Source: Octopus vulgaris (lineage: Eukaryota). Taken from it: 64,000 nucleotides of DNA. The notes beneath the pieces are model-generated. The model was not told the DNA's origin. It searched no databases and saw only the letters and a list, made by a program, of their open reading frames with translations. Position 1 is the first letter of the stretch. Every line of letters starts with the position of its first letter. Location of the stretch: assembly GCA_951406725.2 (NCBI GenBank), contig OX597818.1:36890001-36954000 (forward strand), written 5' to 3'. Both the position numbers and the translations under genes were made by a program. This document shows positions 51,331 through 64,000 of this stretch, one piece after another.

Positions 51331-51752
51331 GTACAAAGACAGACGGACAAACAGACAGACAAAATTGAGCTCGACAGGAGAAAATACTGCAAAACATTCT
51401 TCTGACGCCCTAAAAATTCTACACACTTTCTAGTTGACTGACTGTTCCGAGCATTTGGACAATGCATCGCTGAAAAACCCAAAACATCCTCGTGAAATCG
51501 TTCCGGTCCGTTAAGAAGCATATTTGATTTTTTTTTTTTTTTTTTTTTGCCACTTCAGGTTCAAAATTCAGTTCGCTGATAATTTAGTATCTTCAGCACT
51601 CAAAATCATTTCAGGTGTTTATTGACCTCTTGGAGAGCTACTGAGACCCACAAGGATCAATGCTGGTCACTTTGACTGCCCCTACTCTTAGTAAAGTATA
51701 CAGAATACTGGTACACAGAATACAAATTTGTCGTATTTAGACAGATATTTGT

Positions 51753-51786
<34 letters not shown>

Positions 51787-51837
51787 GTATGTATGCATGT
51801 ATGTATGCATGTATGTATGCATGTATGTATGTATGTA

Positions 51838-52228
51838 TAAAACTTAGATATGTTTCTACCAAAGATTGGTCTAGGCTATGTCTAACTTAATAGCACCACC
51901 TGATAGGATTATCTAAATCCTGTTTAAGTCAAGTTTTGTTGATGGTCCATTCAAGCAGTGAGTTTTTGCTGAGTGAGTTGTATCCACGTATTGGTGGCTT
52001 ATCCGGTATTCCTTGAAGAAATCTGTTCAAACTCCGTTTAAAGTTGATGGGATCCTTAACCTCTTTGATCTCTTTCGGGATAATGTTAAACAGGGCAGGG
52101 CCTGTTGAGGAAAAGAAATTATGTTGCAGTGATCCTGAATTGGGCAGGGGACGTATGGCCCGTGGTTCCAGCCTTGGATGAACCTTGAAACTAATGTTCA
52201 GGTCGTTTGGGCAATGTTCGCAGTAGAC
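51838..52228 (-). mobile_element. CR1/L2-group LINE 3' fragment
   Basis: Reverse-complement homologue of 29398-29790. Confidence 0.8.
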
Positions 52229-52244
52229 ACATAGCTAGCTAGCT

Positions 52245-52292
<48 letters not shown>

Positions 52293-52418
52293 CCCCAATA
52301 TGTAACAACTATATCCGCTCACCCAGGATGAACCAAAATCCGGGATCGGTAAACTTCTTATACCATTGATCTCTTCACGGAATGTTTGATAATTTATCGA
52401 CCGCATATCATGTACATG

Positions 52419-52650
52419 TCCGGTAAGTTCAGCGTCATCAATTCTCTGAAGAGAAAGTTCACCGTGATCAATTCACAATTCTAATTTCATTTTTTTTTTT
52501 TTTTCAATAAAATAGTTGTTAGCTATTAATGATGAGATGCTATGGCTATTTTTCTCAGTAAACTTTTCTCGCGGTGAAATTTCCTCACGGTGAGCTTTCC
52601 TCAATGTGAACTTTCTTCACGGTAAATTGATGGCAAAGAACTTACCTGTA
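52419..52650. mobile_element. Fold-back MITE-like element with ~15-bp subterminal tandem repeats
   Basis: GGTAAGTTC..TCATCAATT / AATTGATG..GAACTTACC ends and repeated GAA(C)TTTCCTCACGGT. Confidence 0.5.
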
Positions 52651-52727
52651 ATCTATCGTACATTTCTAAAATAATACTAAAGAGCATAATTAATAAAAAA
52701 GAAAAATCATGATTTAAAGCAGTAATT

Positions 52728-52957
52728 CTTATTTCTTTACTGCCAACAAAGGGCTAAACATAGAGGGGACAAACAAGGACAGACAAAGGGATTAAATCGA
52801 TTATATCGACCCCAGTAACTGGTACTTATTTAATCGACCCCGAAAGGATGAAAGACTAAGTCGACCTCGGCGGAATTTGAACTCAGAACGTAGCGGCAGA
52901 CGAAATACCGCAAAGCATTTCGCCCATCATGCTAACATTTCTGCCAACCCGCTGCCT
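52728..52957 (-). mobile_element. SINE family C monomer
   Basis: Head + core + tail 1. Confidence 0.9.
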
Positions 52958-53329
52958 TATTTAAAACAGTAATTCTTTCATTATTTTGTGTCGTTACTTC
53001 TTTTTAATATAAAAATATTTAAAATGTTTAGAAAATACTGAAATTGATTAGGAGCAATGAAAATTCAATAATATTATAGTGATATAAACAGAATATTTAA
53101 TATAAAATATGCATTTGGTGAATACTAGTAATTTAATATTTATTAGAGCGATACTGGGCTGGAAGTCAGTTTTAACCATAAAGTACCGCGTTTTTCAAGA
53201 TTCACCATCTTTAATATTCAACACCATTGCATGGTCTCTGGGAGAGCCGCTTAGACCAACGAGGGCCAATACTGGTCATGTTATCGGCCCCTAACCTAGA
53301 TAAAGAATAGAGAATACTGATACAGAGTT

Positions 53330-53417
<88 letters not shown>

Positions 53418-53682
53418 ATATGAGGATTATACATATATACAGAGGGATTATAATAATGCCACACGCTAAGAGGGACAATTAGTCATTTCTTGAAATGACT
53501 AATTGTCCCTCTTACGTGTGGCATGTATGTATAATGCCCTCTGTCATGTATGTATAATGCCCTCTATATATAAATTAATATGTTCAATAAGAAATAATTA
53601 TTTTCAAATTTATTCTTTATGAGGTTTTCACGCTATCTACCTGACAATTTCTTGTTAAGTTTTCCTTATTAAGTAGTTGTCC

Positions 53683-53771
<89 letters not shown>

Positions 53772-53927
53772 TACATTATATATATATATACAAAATGAGA
53801 AAATGGAGAAACATACCTAAATTATTTGCATTATATATATTCATATATAATATACGTTATATGTATGTATATATATATATATTATATACATTTATATGTA
53901 TGTATGTATGTGTGTGCATATATGGAT

Positions 53928-53965
<38 letters not shown>

Positions 53966-54006
53966 TGCATTATATATATTTATATATATATAATATACAT
54001 TATTTG

Positions 54007-54041
<35 letters not shown>

Positions 54042-54098
54042 TATACATATGTATGTACATTATACATATGTACATTATACATATTATATACATTATAC

Positions 54099-54129
<31 letters not shown>

Positions 54130-54162
54130 TGTATGTATGTGTGTGTGTGCTTATATGGATTG

Positions 54163-54211
<49 letters not shown>

Positions 54212-54249
54212 TGCTCATTATACTTATATATACTTATATATATTGAAAT

Positions 54250-54418
54250 GAATGGCACTCCGTCGGTCACGACGGCGAGGTACCAGTTAATCCGATCAAC
54301 GGAACAGCCAACTGGGGAAATTAACGTGCAAGTAGTTCAACTCTCCACACACATGCACTTAACGTAGTTCTCAGGGAGGTTCAAAGTGACACAGGACGTG
54401 ACTAAGCTGGCCCTTTCA
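54250..54418 (-). mobile_element. Isolated SINE tail X fragment
   Basis: Homologous to the 3' part of 1720-2107. Confidence 0.75.
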
Positions 54419-54720
54419 CTTGAGTTCTCTGCTGAGACTGTTTGCAGTCTTTTTACGCCATCACATAAGAATTTTCCCTTTTCTGAGAATCTTGTCTTTA
54501 TATACAGTGGCCTTTCTCGCTAGGACAAAATTGTTGCATATGGCTTGCATTATGAACACGAATGTTTTCAATTTCATGTCGTTGTCAGAGAGATTGGGAC
54601 CAGTCCTGTTCGGGGATCTCTTTCTGAATTGATTTCTTGTCTAGTTTGTGCTAGTTCAGACTGGGTAGATTTTGAATGCTTCTCATAGGCTGTACGTCTA
54701 TGTGTTCCTTTGGTCCATAA

Positions 54721-54775
<55 letters not shown>

Positions 54776-54778
<3 letters not shown>

Positions 54779-54970
54779 CGGGAAGGTTTACGAAAATAAA
54801 CAAAAGACGAAGGCAGGTGGAGTACAAACAAACAAATGTAATAGTATGGCGGAATAGAAATAGAACAAGTCTTTTACGTTTCGAGCCTACGCTCTTCGAC
54901 AGAAAGATACACAGAAAAAAAACAAGGAGAGAAACAAGGAAAGAAAAAGATGCGTGTAGGAGCTAACGAT
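54776..54970 (-). mobile_element. Short element with U6-variant hammerhead-like motif (54870-54907)
   Basis: Minus strand TCTTT CTGTCGA A GAGC GTAG GCTC GAAA CG TA AAAGA, flanked by (TA)n on both sides. Confidence 0.65.
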
Positions 54971-55342
54971 ATATATATATATATATATATATACAACTTA
55001 TAAACAAGGGCAAAAGAAAAAATTTATATATATATACATATATACACACGACACTTTTGCATAATAGCAATGATGTGTGTGTGTGCATGTGCATATGTGT
55101 ATGTGTACGTGTGTGTGTGTGTGTATTCTTTAAATTCTTGAAAGTGTTTCAGCTTTAAAGCTGCGGTCATGCTGGGGCACCACCGTTGGCTCTGCTACAC
55201 AATTATTTGGAACCTCCTCTCATATGAGACATTTGGTAAATGGGGGAGTTTCATACTGCTGCTTTCAATCTGTTATCTGCGGTGAGGCAGGGTCATCTGG
55301 AACCTTTGACAGGAGAAGATCTAAATCTGTTTTGAAGACACC

Positions 55343-55380
<38 letters not shown>

Positions 55381-55578
55381 ATGTATATATATATGTCTGT
55401 GTGTGTGTTCATATATAAGTAAAAAGAAAGAGAGTAATCTTTTATTGTTAATATTGTCTATATATATGTATATTTACGTATATGTGTGAGTGCGTATGTG
55501 TGTATTGATATGTGTCTGCATTTGAGTACATACATAAGTAAGAAGTAAGGGAGTATTCTTTTATTTTTAATATTGTCG

Positions 55579-55644
<66 letters not shown>

Positions 55645-55755
55645 ATTTATGTATATGTGTGTATGTATGTATGTATATTTATGTATGTGTGTATGTATGT
55701 ATGTATATTTATGTATATGTGTGAGTGTGTGTGTGTATTGATATATATGCGCGTG

Positions 55756-55789
<34 letters not shown>

Positions 55790-56481
55790 GTGTGTGTGTG
55801 TGTGTATATGTGCGTGGTGTGTGTGTGCATAAATATGAACTCCAACCAAATTGTTTGAGTTTTATTTGTTCTACTAGTAGACCAAAACCTTCCATTAATG
55901 ATCTACCTCATTTTTTTTCCTACGATGGATCTGATCGCCACTAAAATTCTCTGCTAAGCATCTACCTCATTTTCTTTCTAAAGATGAAATAGACTGCTAT
56001 TATACGGATAGCTTATTTTTGTTTGCATGGAAATGCGCACCTATTTCTGAAACAGCTGTAAGAGACTATCTGGTCACCTTCTTAGTTCCTTTTCAACAAC
56101 TCAACAATTATGTTTAAAAATATTAATGCCATAATCTAAATCGATGCAAGTTGTTTGCCTGTCCATACTTTCATTCTACTGTAGATGTACCTGCTCCTTG
56201 ATAAACAGGCTATAGCCATTCATTGCTAGGAAGCTACAACATGATTGCTTTTTTTGTTTTAGTAGCAGCTTAAGTCGGAGTTTTAGGTACTAAGTGAACT
56301 TGAGCACTAATTGAATGTACATATTGCATAACATCATCAGACGGAATATTACCTGAACTCTCTCTCTCTCTCTCCCCCTCTCTCTTTCCCTCACTCTCTC
56401 TCTCTCTCTGCACGTATGTGTGCGTGAACTTTAATACATACACACCTAATATCACACACACGTGTATGTATGTGTGTGTGC

Positions 56482-56522
<41 letters not shown>

Positions 56523-56600
56523 TAAGGGAGTAATGTTTGATTTGCCTAATAGTGTTTTTATCTCTAATTTAATTTATATATATATATATATATATACATG

Positions 56601-56641
<41 letters not shown>

Positions 56642-57115
56642 TATAAGTTTTGCATTGCACAGCTGGAATCCACTGGCCGTGCTAAAATTGTCACTATGCC
56701 CAGTATCGGACATTTATAAACGTGGAATTTACACAAATTCAGTTAGTAAATATGATTTAGAGTCGATATTCTCACAGTAGTTACAATTCCGAACATATAT
56801 CTCGGAAAGGATTTTTATTCCTTTGCAGATTGTATCAAATATGAGCTTATAATGATTTCTTCTATGCGATATTATTATAGATATAATTATAGATAATATT
56901 CTGCTTACAGATGTTATCAATGTTCATAATATTGTCTTGTGGAAGATGATTTAACTGTAGTAACATAATGAATATTTCTTTCGGTTATTTGTTTCTTCAT
57001 TGCTATATTTTTGTTCAAGTTTTATATTTCATTTTTTACCAAATATGAAATCAATAGCAACCGCCAAAAGTGCTGATTTGTTTGTTATAAAGGTGCAGCG
57101 TTCCTTACTTATTGT

Positions 57116-57441
57116 TTAAAGACTCCGCCGGTTACGACGACGAGGGTCCCAGCTGATACGATCAACGGAACAGCTTGCTCGTGAAATTAACGTGCAAATG
57201 GCTGAGCATTCCACAGACACGTGTACCCTTAACGTAGTTCTCGGGGATAATCAGCGTGACACAGAGAGTGACAAGGCTGACCCTTTGAAATACAAGTACA
57301 ACTCATTTTTGCCAGCTGAGTGGACTGGAGCAACGTGAAATAAAGTGTCTTGCTCAAGGACACAACGCGTCGCCGGGAATCGAACTCACAACCTTACGAT
57401 CATGAGCCGAATGCCCTAACCACTAAGCCACGCGCCCTCAC
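57116..57441 (-). mobile_element. tRNA-derived SINE, head B (CORE-like) + tail X
   Basis: TSD TTACTTATTGT, CORE-like GTGTCCTTGAGCAAGACACTT. Confidence 0.92.
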
Positions 57442-58229
57442 TTACTTATTGTACGATACGATTAAATGCGATGTTGCGTTGTTTATTAAAGTCGTTAGAA
57501 GCATGGTTACTAAAAGTAAATATGGCTCTCCGCACTCGGGATCATCGAACCTGCAACGTTACCTCGGCCTTCAAGCAGCTTCGTTTTTTATTTTCTACAA
57601 AACAATTAAGAGGCTCTATGTAACTGCACCCTATTACACGAAATAACAGCTAACTTGCTCAGAATCATATCTTTCTTAAACAAAAATGGAGACATTCGAT
57701 AATGTAGCATTAGATATATTATACATGAAAGATTAAACGGAATCATCGCAGTTGCAGCATCTTCCATCATAAGTTTTCTCGATTAAGTCTGACCTTGAGC
57801 TAAGCAACAACATTGGTTTCTTGTATAGACACAAGGTTACAAAATAAAATTTAGTCACAGACATGCATGACAAACGTATAAAACATACCTGCAAACAAAA
57901 AGAGCTCATATGCATATATATATAGGTATAAAAATTATATATAAAGAAACAAGAACGTGAAATACACAAAGGGACGAACACAGAAAACAGACGGATCATT
58001 CGAAGCCTTTAATCTTCAGTCAGAAACCGGATCATCATGGCAAATTTCGGCTGATTAATTCTGATATTTGCTCCAACGCGGCCAGCCCCAAGGAAAAACT
58101 AAGCTGTGAGCATTAAATTTCTTGGAAAAAGGAACGAATGTAAACGCAACAAGGATGAATATAAAAATAAAAATAAAAACAAGAATGGTTAATAACAGGA
58201 TAACAGCAGGTATCTTACGACATATGTAC

Positions 58230-58425
58230 AAGGCGGTGAGCTGGCAGGAACGTTAGCACGCCGGGCGAAATGCTTAGCGTTCTGAGTTCAAATTCTACCG
58301 AGGTTGACTTTGCTTTTCATCCTTTCTGGGTCGATAAATTAAGTACCAGTTGCATCCTGGGGCCGATATAATCGATTGGCCCCCTCCCCCAAAATTTCGG
58401 GCCTTGTGCCTAGAGTAGAAAAAAG
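58230..58425 (+). mobile_element. SINE family C (tail 2)
   Basis: Head, core and tail 2. Confidence 0.85.
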
Positions 58426-58474
58426 TATATTCATATGTACATACATACATACGGTCTGATCAGTAATAAGTCTG

Positions 58475-58760
58475 ATCATGCATATGGTGTGATCATTAAG
58501 TATCCGAAGTGTTGCCATAGTAATAAAGCTAAAGCACGCAGAGTGAAGCTGCTGGGCAAAGATTGATCTTGAACTCTGCACACAAAGTTTTAACGTTCTG
58601 GCTCACTTCTGCTGTTTACATCAGTGCTTGGAAGGAAGGTGTGTAGCGTGTGATCGTCGCATTGACCATTAAAGAGAAAGTTGTCATGGTGATACCTGTT
58701 CATAGGCCGACACAAAGTTGCAGAAAGTGTACGGAGAGGAGTGTATGAGCCAAGAACATA
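58475..58760 (+). mobile_element. Mariner 5' end fragment
   Basis: TIR-like GGTGTGATCATTAAGTATCCG and KLQKVYGEECMS HTH-region peptide. Confidence 0.6.
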
Positions 58761-59905
58761 CATACATGCATACATAACTAGTGACAGAGGACCAGTACGT
58801 TTATTAATCGCACATATAAAGTTCAAACCATAATTTTAAAAGTTACCTTATATTTATATGTATTAGTTCACTTCTTGTGTATGATGACATATTCAGAATG
58901 AGATGGAAGTGAATATACTGCAAGGTTTTTAGTGCATTGTCCTGCTTTTAATGAAACTTTATTGCCTTCATAGCCATTTAAAATATTGATTTCTTTCATA
59001 GCATTAAGTAATAGGTTCGCTATTCCAGACGGTAAGAAAACTATAAAATTATTTAGTTTATTTTTCCAGGATTTCTTTTACCGTTTTTTTTCCTCACCAA
59101 ATCACCAGAAATCACAGGACCTGTACCTACCTTCAATAAAGTTGTCGAGTAGAACATACGAGATATTATCGACACTGGATTGACTCTGGCAGGACTTGGA
59201 TATATATATATATATATATTCTTTTTTTTTTTACAATTTTTTGAGTGAACCAAACTTTTTTTTAAAGCAAAATTGTCTTCATTAATTCTGTCTTCATTTC
59301 ACTCCTGCTTCTGCTGGTGTTGTTGTTGTCGTTGTTGAAGAAATAAACTGGAATTAGAATGCATTACATTGCAGCATAACACGTCTTTTATAAAGGTTTT
59401 GAAAATTACATGATTGTAAGCGAGTGACTCACTGCTTCAATATACAGAGTTCCTGCTTCTTGTTGCGGATCATGGAACACTGGTTCATAATACACGATTA
59501 CAGTGTGTACCATCGAGGGGCAATTTACCTGTTCGCTCGACCTGTTAAAAATGATAAGCAAATTACTGTTATTTCACGCCTTTCTGTCTTCAAACAATGA
59601 ATTACAGAATGGGTGCACTATAATTGAAAGAACCGATGGGATAGGCGTGGATAGAATATCGTTGATAAGAGGTTTGCTTAGTTGGGGCTAATTTCATGTG
59701 GTGCTGCGTAACACCTGCTACTGCGGTTTTCCCACTTGGGTGGCGGGGATCTATGCTACACCTGTAAGAGTACAAACCATCAACCTTTTTAGTGGAACAT
59801 CTTATTGATTTGGTTGCAGACAGGTTTCTTTTCCTCTTCTTTTTCCAGGGAAATAGATTATATACACATGTGTGTGTGTGTATACATATTATGTATATAT
59901 ATATA

Positions 59906-60225
59906 GTGAGGGCGCGTGGCTTAGTGGTTAGGGCATTAGGCTCATGATCGTAAGGTTGTGAGTTCGATTCCCGGCGACGCGTTGTGTCCTTGAGCAAGAC
60001 ACTTTATTTCAAGTTGCTCCAGTCCACTCAGCTGGCAAAAATGAGTTGTACTTGTATTTCAAAGGGTCAGCCTTGTCACTCTCTGTGTCACGCTGATTAT
60101 TCCCGAGAACTACGTTAAGGGTACACGTGTCTGTGGAATGCTCAGCCATTTGCACGTTAATTTCACGAGCAAGCTGTTCCGTTGATCGTATCAGCTGGGA
60201 CCCTCGTCGTCGTAACCGGCGGAGT

Positions 60226-60229
<4 letters not shown>
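59906..60229 (+). mobile_element. tRNA-derived SINE, head B + tail X
   Basis: Near-identical inverted copy of 57116-57441, in (TA)n. Confidence 0.92.
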
Positions 60230-60273
<44 letters not shown>

Positions 60274-60711
60274 TAGGAAGAAATGGAGCTGAACGAAGAT
60301 TTAACAAAATTCCTTTTTATTATTTTCTACATATGTTTCAAAGGCTGCAAAGTCCCTAATTCGGATTGAATAAGGAGTCCATTTTGCAGCCTTCTCTTCA
60401 GGAAAATCCAGGAACTTAATTCTCCAACAAAATGCACAGCAAGCTTTTCGACAAACGCTCACGAGGAGCCCATGGAATAAATGGCACAAACTGTCTATCA
60501 ATATGCGTTGACGCCAGGCTGGGTGAAAGCCGACGAGAAAGTCCGTTGAGATAATTCAAGGTTAAAATCCGGTTAACAGAAGGGGAGTACAGGAAAATCA
60601 AATCAGGCCCCATGGTCGTAACCTCAACCGTGCTTTTTCTGTTGTGATTTTTGCTACCCAGGTGTCGGTTATCATTTGAATAATCCGTAATAAGATAATT
60701 CATTTATCTCA

Positions 60712-61008
60712 ATGGTTGGAGCGTCTAGCTTACGATCGTGAGATTGTGAGTTCTATTCCCGGACCAGGCTGCGTGTTGTGTTCTTGAGCAAGACACTTTA
60801 TTTCACGTTGCTCCGGTTAACTCAGCTGTAGAAATGAGTTGCGACATCACTGGTGCCAAACTGTATCGGACTTTGCCTTTTCCTTGGATAACATCAATGG
60901 TATGGATAGGGGAGGCTGGTATGCATGGGCGACTGCTGGCCTTCCACAAACAACCTTGCCCGGACTTGTGCCTTGGAGGGTAACTTTCTAGGTGCAATAC
61001 CATGGTCT
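60712..61008 (+). mobile_element. SINE, head B-like + tail Z
   Basis: CORE-like block to AAATGAGT, then an unrelated tail. Confidence 0.8.
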
Positions 61009-61417
61009 CCTCCTATATATATATATATATATAATGAGATAAAATATTTGCATAGTCAACCGGTTTCGCTTGTGCTAATCATGATGAAACAGTTAATGAT
61101 AATAGGAATTACGTAATAAACATATATTTTTGTCTTTCCGGTAATAATCTTTTCTATGTTTTTAAATATTCTCCCAAATATGCATATACTTCATATTAAC
61201 GGCGCAGGAAAAGCAGTGCAAGGTGATGTTCAAGTGCTCAGCTCTGAGTGCTCTGCATCTTGTTACAGAAACTGCTGCTGTTAACTAATGAAGATGATGA
61301 TGTAATTCCTGCTCCGTTGTCATTTCATTAATTTCATTATACATGTGTGTGTGTGTGCTTGTGCGTGAGTGTGTGTGTACGTATGCATATATGTATATGT
61401 GTATTAGTTTCGAAACT

Positions 61418-61975
61418 TTGGCACAAGGCCAGTAATTTCGATGGAGGAGCTAAGTCGATTACATCGACCACAGTGCTCGGATGATACTTACTTTATCGAT
61501 CCTGAAAAGCAAAGTCAGCCTTGATGGAATTTGAACTCAGAACTTCAGACAGACGAAATGCCCCCAAGCATTTGTCCGGCTCGATAACGAATTTGCCAGC
61601 TCACTGTAGTCTATACATACATATTATATTATATCATTTTATATTTTATTATATTATACTATATTATAGTATAGTATAGTATGGTATATTATTTTTCATT
61701 ATAGTATGGTATACTATGACATATTGATTTATATTATAGTATATATTTCTTTATTACCCACAAGGGGCTAAACATAGAGGGGACAAACAAGGACAGACAA
61801 GGGGATTAAGTCGATTACATCGACCCTAGTGCGAAACTGGTACTTTATTTATCGACCCCGAAAGGATGACAGGCAAAGTCGACCTCAGTGGAATTTGAAC
61901 TCAGAACGTAACGACAGACGAAATACTGCTAAGCATTTCGCCCAGCATGCTAACATTTCTGCCAGCTCGCCTCCT
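61418..61975 (-). mobile_element. Two SINE family C copies (61418-61605 tail 2; 61745-61975 tail 1)
   Basis: Head and core motifs in reverse orientation. Confidence 0.8.
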
Positions 61976-62703
61976 TATTTATATTATAGTATAGTATAAC
62001 ATATATTACAGTATAGTAAAGTATATTATATTACATCATAGTATTGTATATTATAACATATAATATAGTATAGTATAATATATATCATCTTATAGTATAT
62101 TATATCATATGTCCCTGTCCCTATGTATATATGAGTGTATATGGGTATAATGAGGGTGCAACAGAATTTATCAAAATTTGCCATCAGTTTATCTGGAGAC
62201 ATTTTTACTGTCAAATTTTGAAATAAAAGTGCTGATCATTGAGCAATAGCAAAATTAGTGTTTTAGAGAAAATTAAACATACAGAGATAGTTTCATTGGG
62301 TAAATATGATTTGAAAAGAATATGAATTATACAATCTGTTTCAATTATGTAGAAGAAGGAAGAAATAAAAAGCTAAAACCATTAAGTCTAATTCTGATAT
62401 CGTGTGGTTGTCTCAGATTATAAGATATTTTAAAGATATTAGAAAGAAAAAGTGCAGTCATTGACATTCTGAGTAAATTTCTGGAAATGGTAAAATATTT
62501 TGGTAAATTTTACAAATACTAGTAAGAAGTATTTTGAATCAACACCTTTGTGCAAGAACTCTATTGCTTATTTGTCTGTTGATTTTTGTTGTTTTTTAAA
62601 GAACATTAGGGAGTTGTAAAGCAGAATTCCTTAGAAAGAAATTCTCATTGACTGGAAAGAAAAGGTTTAAATGTGTTTGTCATTGAATTAAGTAACATTT
62701 AAG

Positions 62704-63013
62704 GGATCTTTTCGGTTTGACCGGCAGTTTTTTTTAATAATTTCCACGTAACTAAACACTTTTAAACTTCATACTGGTAGAATGTGTTTATAAAACATCT
62801 TTTTCTCTCGGCTTTATTGCGAAAATTCAATAGTTTGTAAGATATTTGTTGTTGTTTTTTTCTTCAATTTCTGCAATTTCAACCAATCAATGACGTCTAT
62901 TGAGGTGAAAACATTCTGTGCCGTATGAATATGTCCCTCGTTTAAGAAGCAAATTGGGTTTATTTACATTTCTGAAGAAAAAAGGTATCCTTCCCCCCAC
63001 CCCTAACCCTAAC
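62704..63013. mobile_element. Truncated second copy of the GGATCTTTTCGG MITE
   Basis: Inverted homologue of 25164-25542, breaks at CCCTAACCCTAAC. Confidence 0.85.
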
Positions 63014-63147
63014 TAATTTTGAGGGCTGGTGGAACACGGAACTACGTTTCCTCGCTCATACCTCGTATGAGCGCAAAGATTGAAAATGCTAAAGTTGATG
63101 GAGGAATTTTCTTATCGAAGACTTTTAGTAATGCAATCATTTCACAA

Positions 63148-63412
63148 GTGGAGGCGCGTGGCTTAGTGGTTAGGGTGTCAGCACCATGATCGTAAGATTG
63201 TGGTTTCGATTCCTGGACCTGGCGACGCGTTGTGTTCTTGGGTAAAACACTTCATTTCACGTTGCTCCAGTCCACTCAGCTGGCAAAAATGAGTAACGCT
63301 GCGATGGAATGGCGTCCCGTCCAGCTGGGGAACACATACGCCATAGAAACCGGGAAACCAGGCTCATGAGCCTGGCTAGGCTTTAAAAAGGGCGCATTTA
63401 TTATTTATTATT
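63148..63412 (+). mobile_element. tRNA-derived SINE, head B + tail Y
   Basis: 13-bp TSD AATCATTTCACAA. Confidence 0.92.
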
Positions 63413-63784
63413 AATCATTTCACAAAGAATACCAATAAGACAAGTTCGATTCTCATCGTATTGATATTGCTTAGACTAAATGATTAACTATTTCTTTCCT
63501 ATTTTTTCACAGTAGTTTATAAAAATAGATAGACAGGTAGTTAAATAGAAAACAACTAGTGGGACGATTATATAGTAAAAATATAAACAAAATTTAATTT
63601 TTGAGAATGCATACAATGGATAGATTGATAGCAGTACAATTATATAATATATAAATTGATGTAAAAGAAATCTAATTTTTGTAGGAGCATATAATAAATT
63701 CAGGATTCCTGTTTCACCAAAAGATTACCTGATTTTCTTTCTTTTCATTTTCCCATAATGCCTGTATATATATATATATACTCT

Positions 63785-64000
63785 CTCTTTACTCTTTTAC
63801 TTGTTTCAGTCATTTGACTGTGGCCATGCTGGACCACCACCTTTAGTCGAGCAAATCGACCCCAGGACCTATTCTTTGTAAGCCTAGTGCTTATTCTATC
63901 GGTCTCTTTGCCGAACCGCTAAGTTACGGAGACGTAAACACACCAGCATCGGTTGTCAATCGATGTTGGGTAGACAAACACAAACATATACACACACTTA
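63785..64000 (-). mobile_element. SINE family D 3' part (runs off the window)
   Basis: Reverse complement of the family D tail. Confidence 0.85.

Noticed and set aside
56650-57100. Possible transposase relic (also 62150-62700)
   Set aside because: Only faint hAT-like words amid many stops; cannot be supported by eye

Overview
AT-rich, repeat-saturated eukaryotic DNA. The SINE and microsatellite make-up looks like a coleoid cephalopod, most likely Octopus (inferred from repeat style, not from a database search). I cannot support any intact host protein-coding gene, rRNA, true tRNA or CRISPR array. Nearly all ORFs in the track are microsatellite or SINE read-through. The window holds several tRNA-derived SINE families (some with target-site duplications, some as concatemers or with swapped tails), 3' fragments of RTE, CR1/L2 and R4/Dong-like LINEs, and a decayed Penelope-like element (RT plus GIY-YIG). 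DNA transposons include a full-length decayed Tc1, mariner and hAT relics, MITEs and non-autonomous Helitrons. The most notable unannotated signal is a set of at least nine minimal type-I hammerhead ribozyme (HHR) motifs in short elements embedded in microsatellites. These include a perfect ~157-bp-arm palindrome with twin HHRs, a tRNA-headed SINE-like element ending in an HHR, and a four-copy family with a fixed A6-to-U change in the catalytic core. SINE family letters (A-E, tails X/Y/Z) are my own labels.
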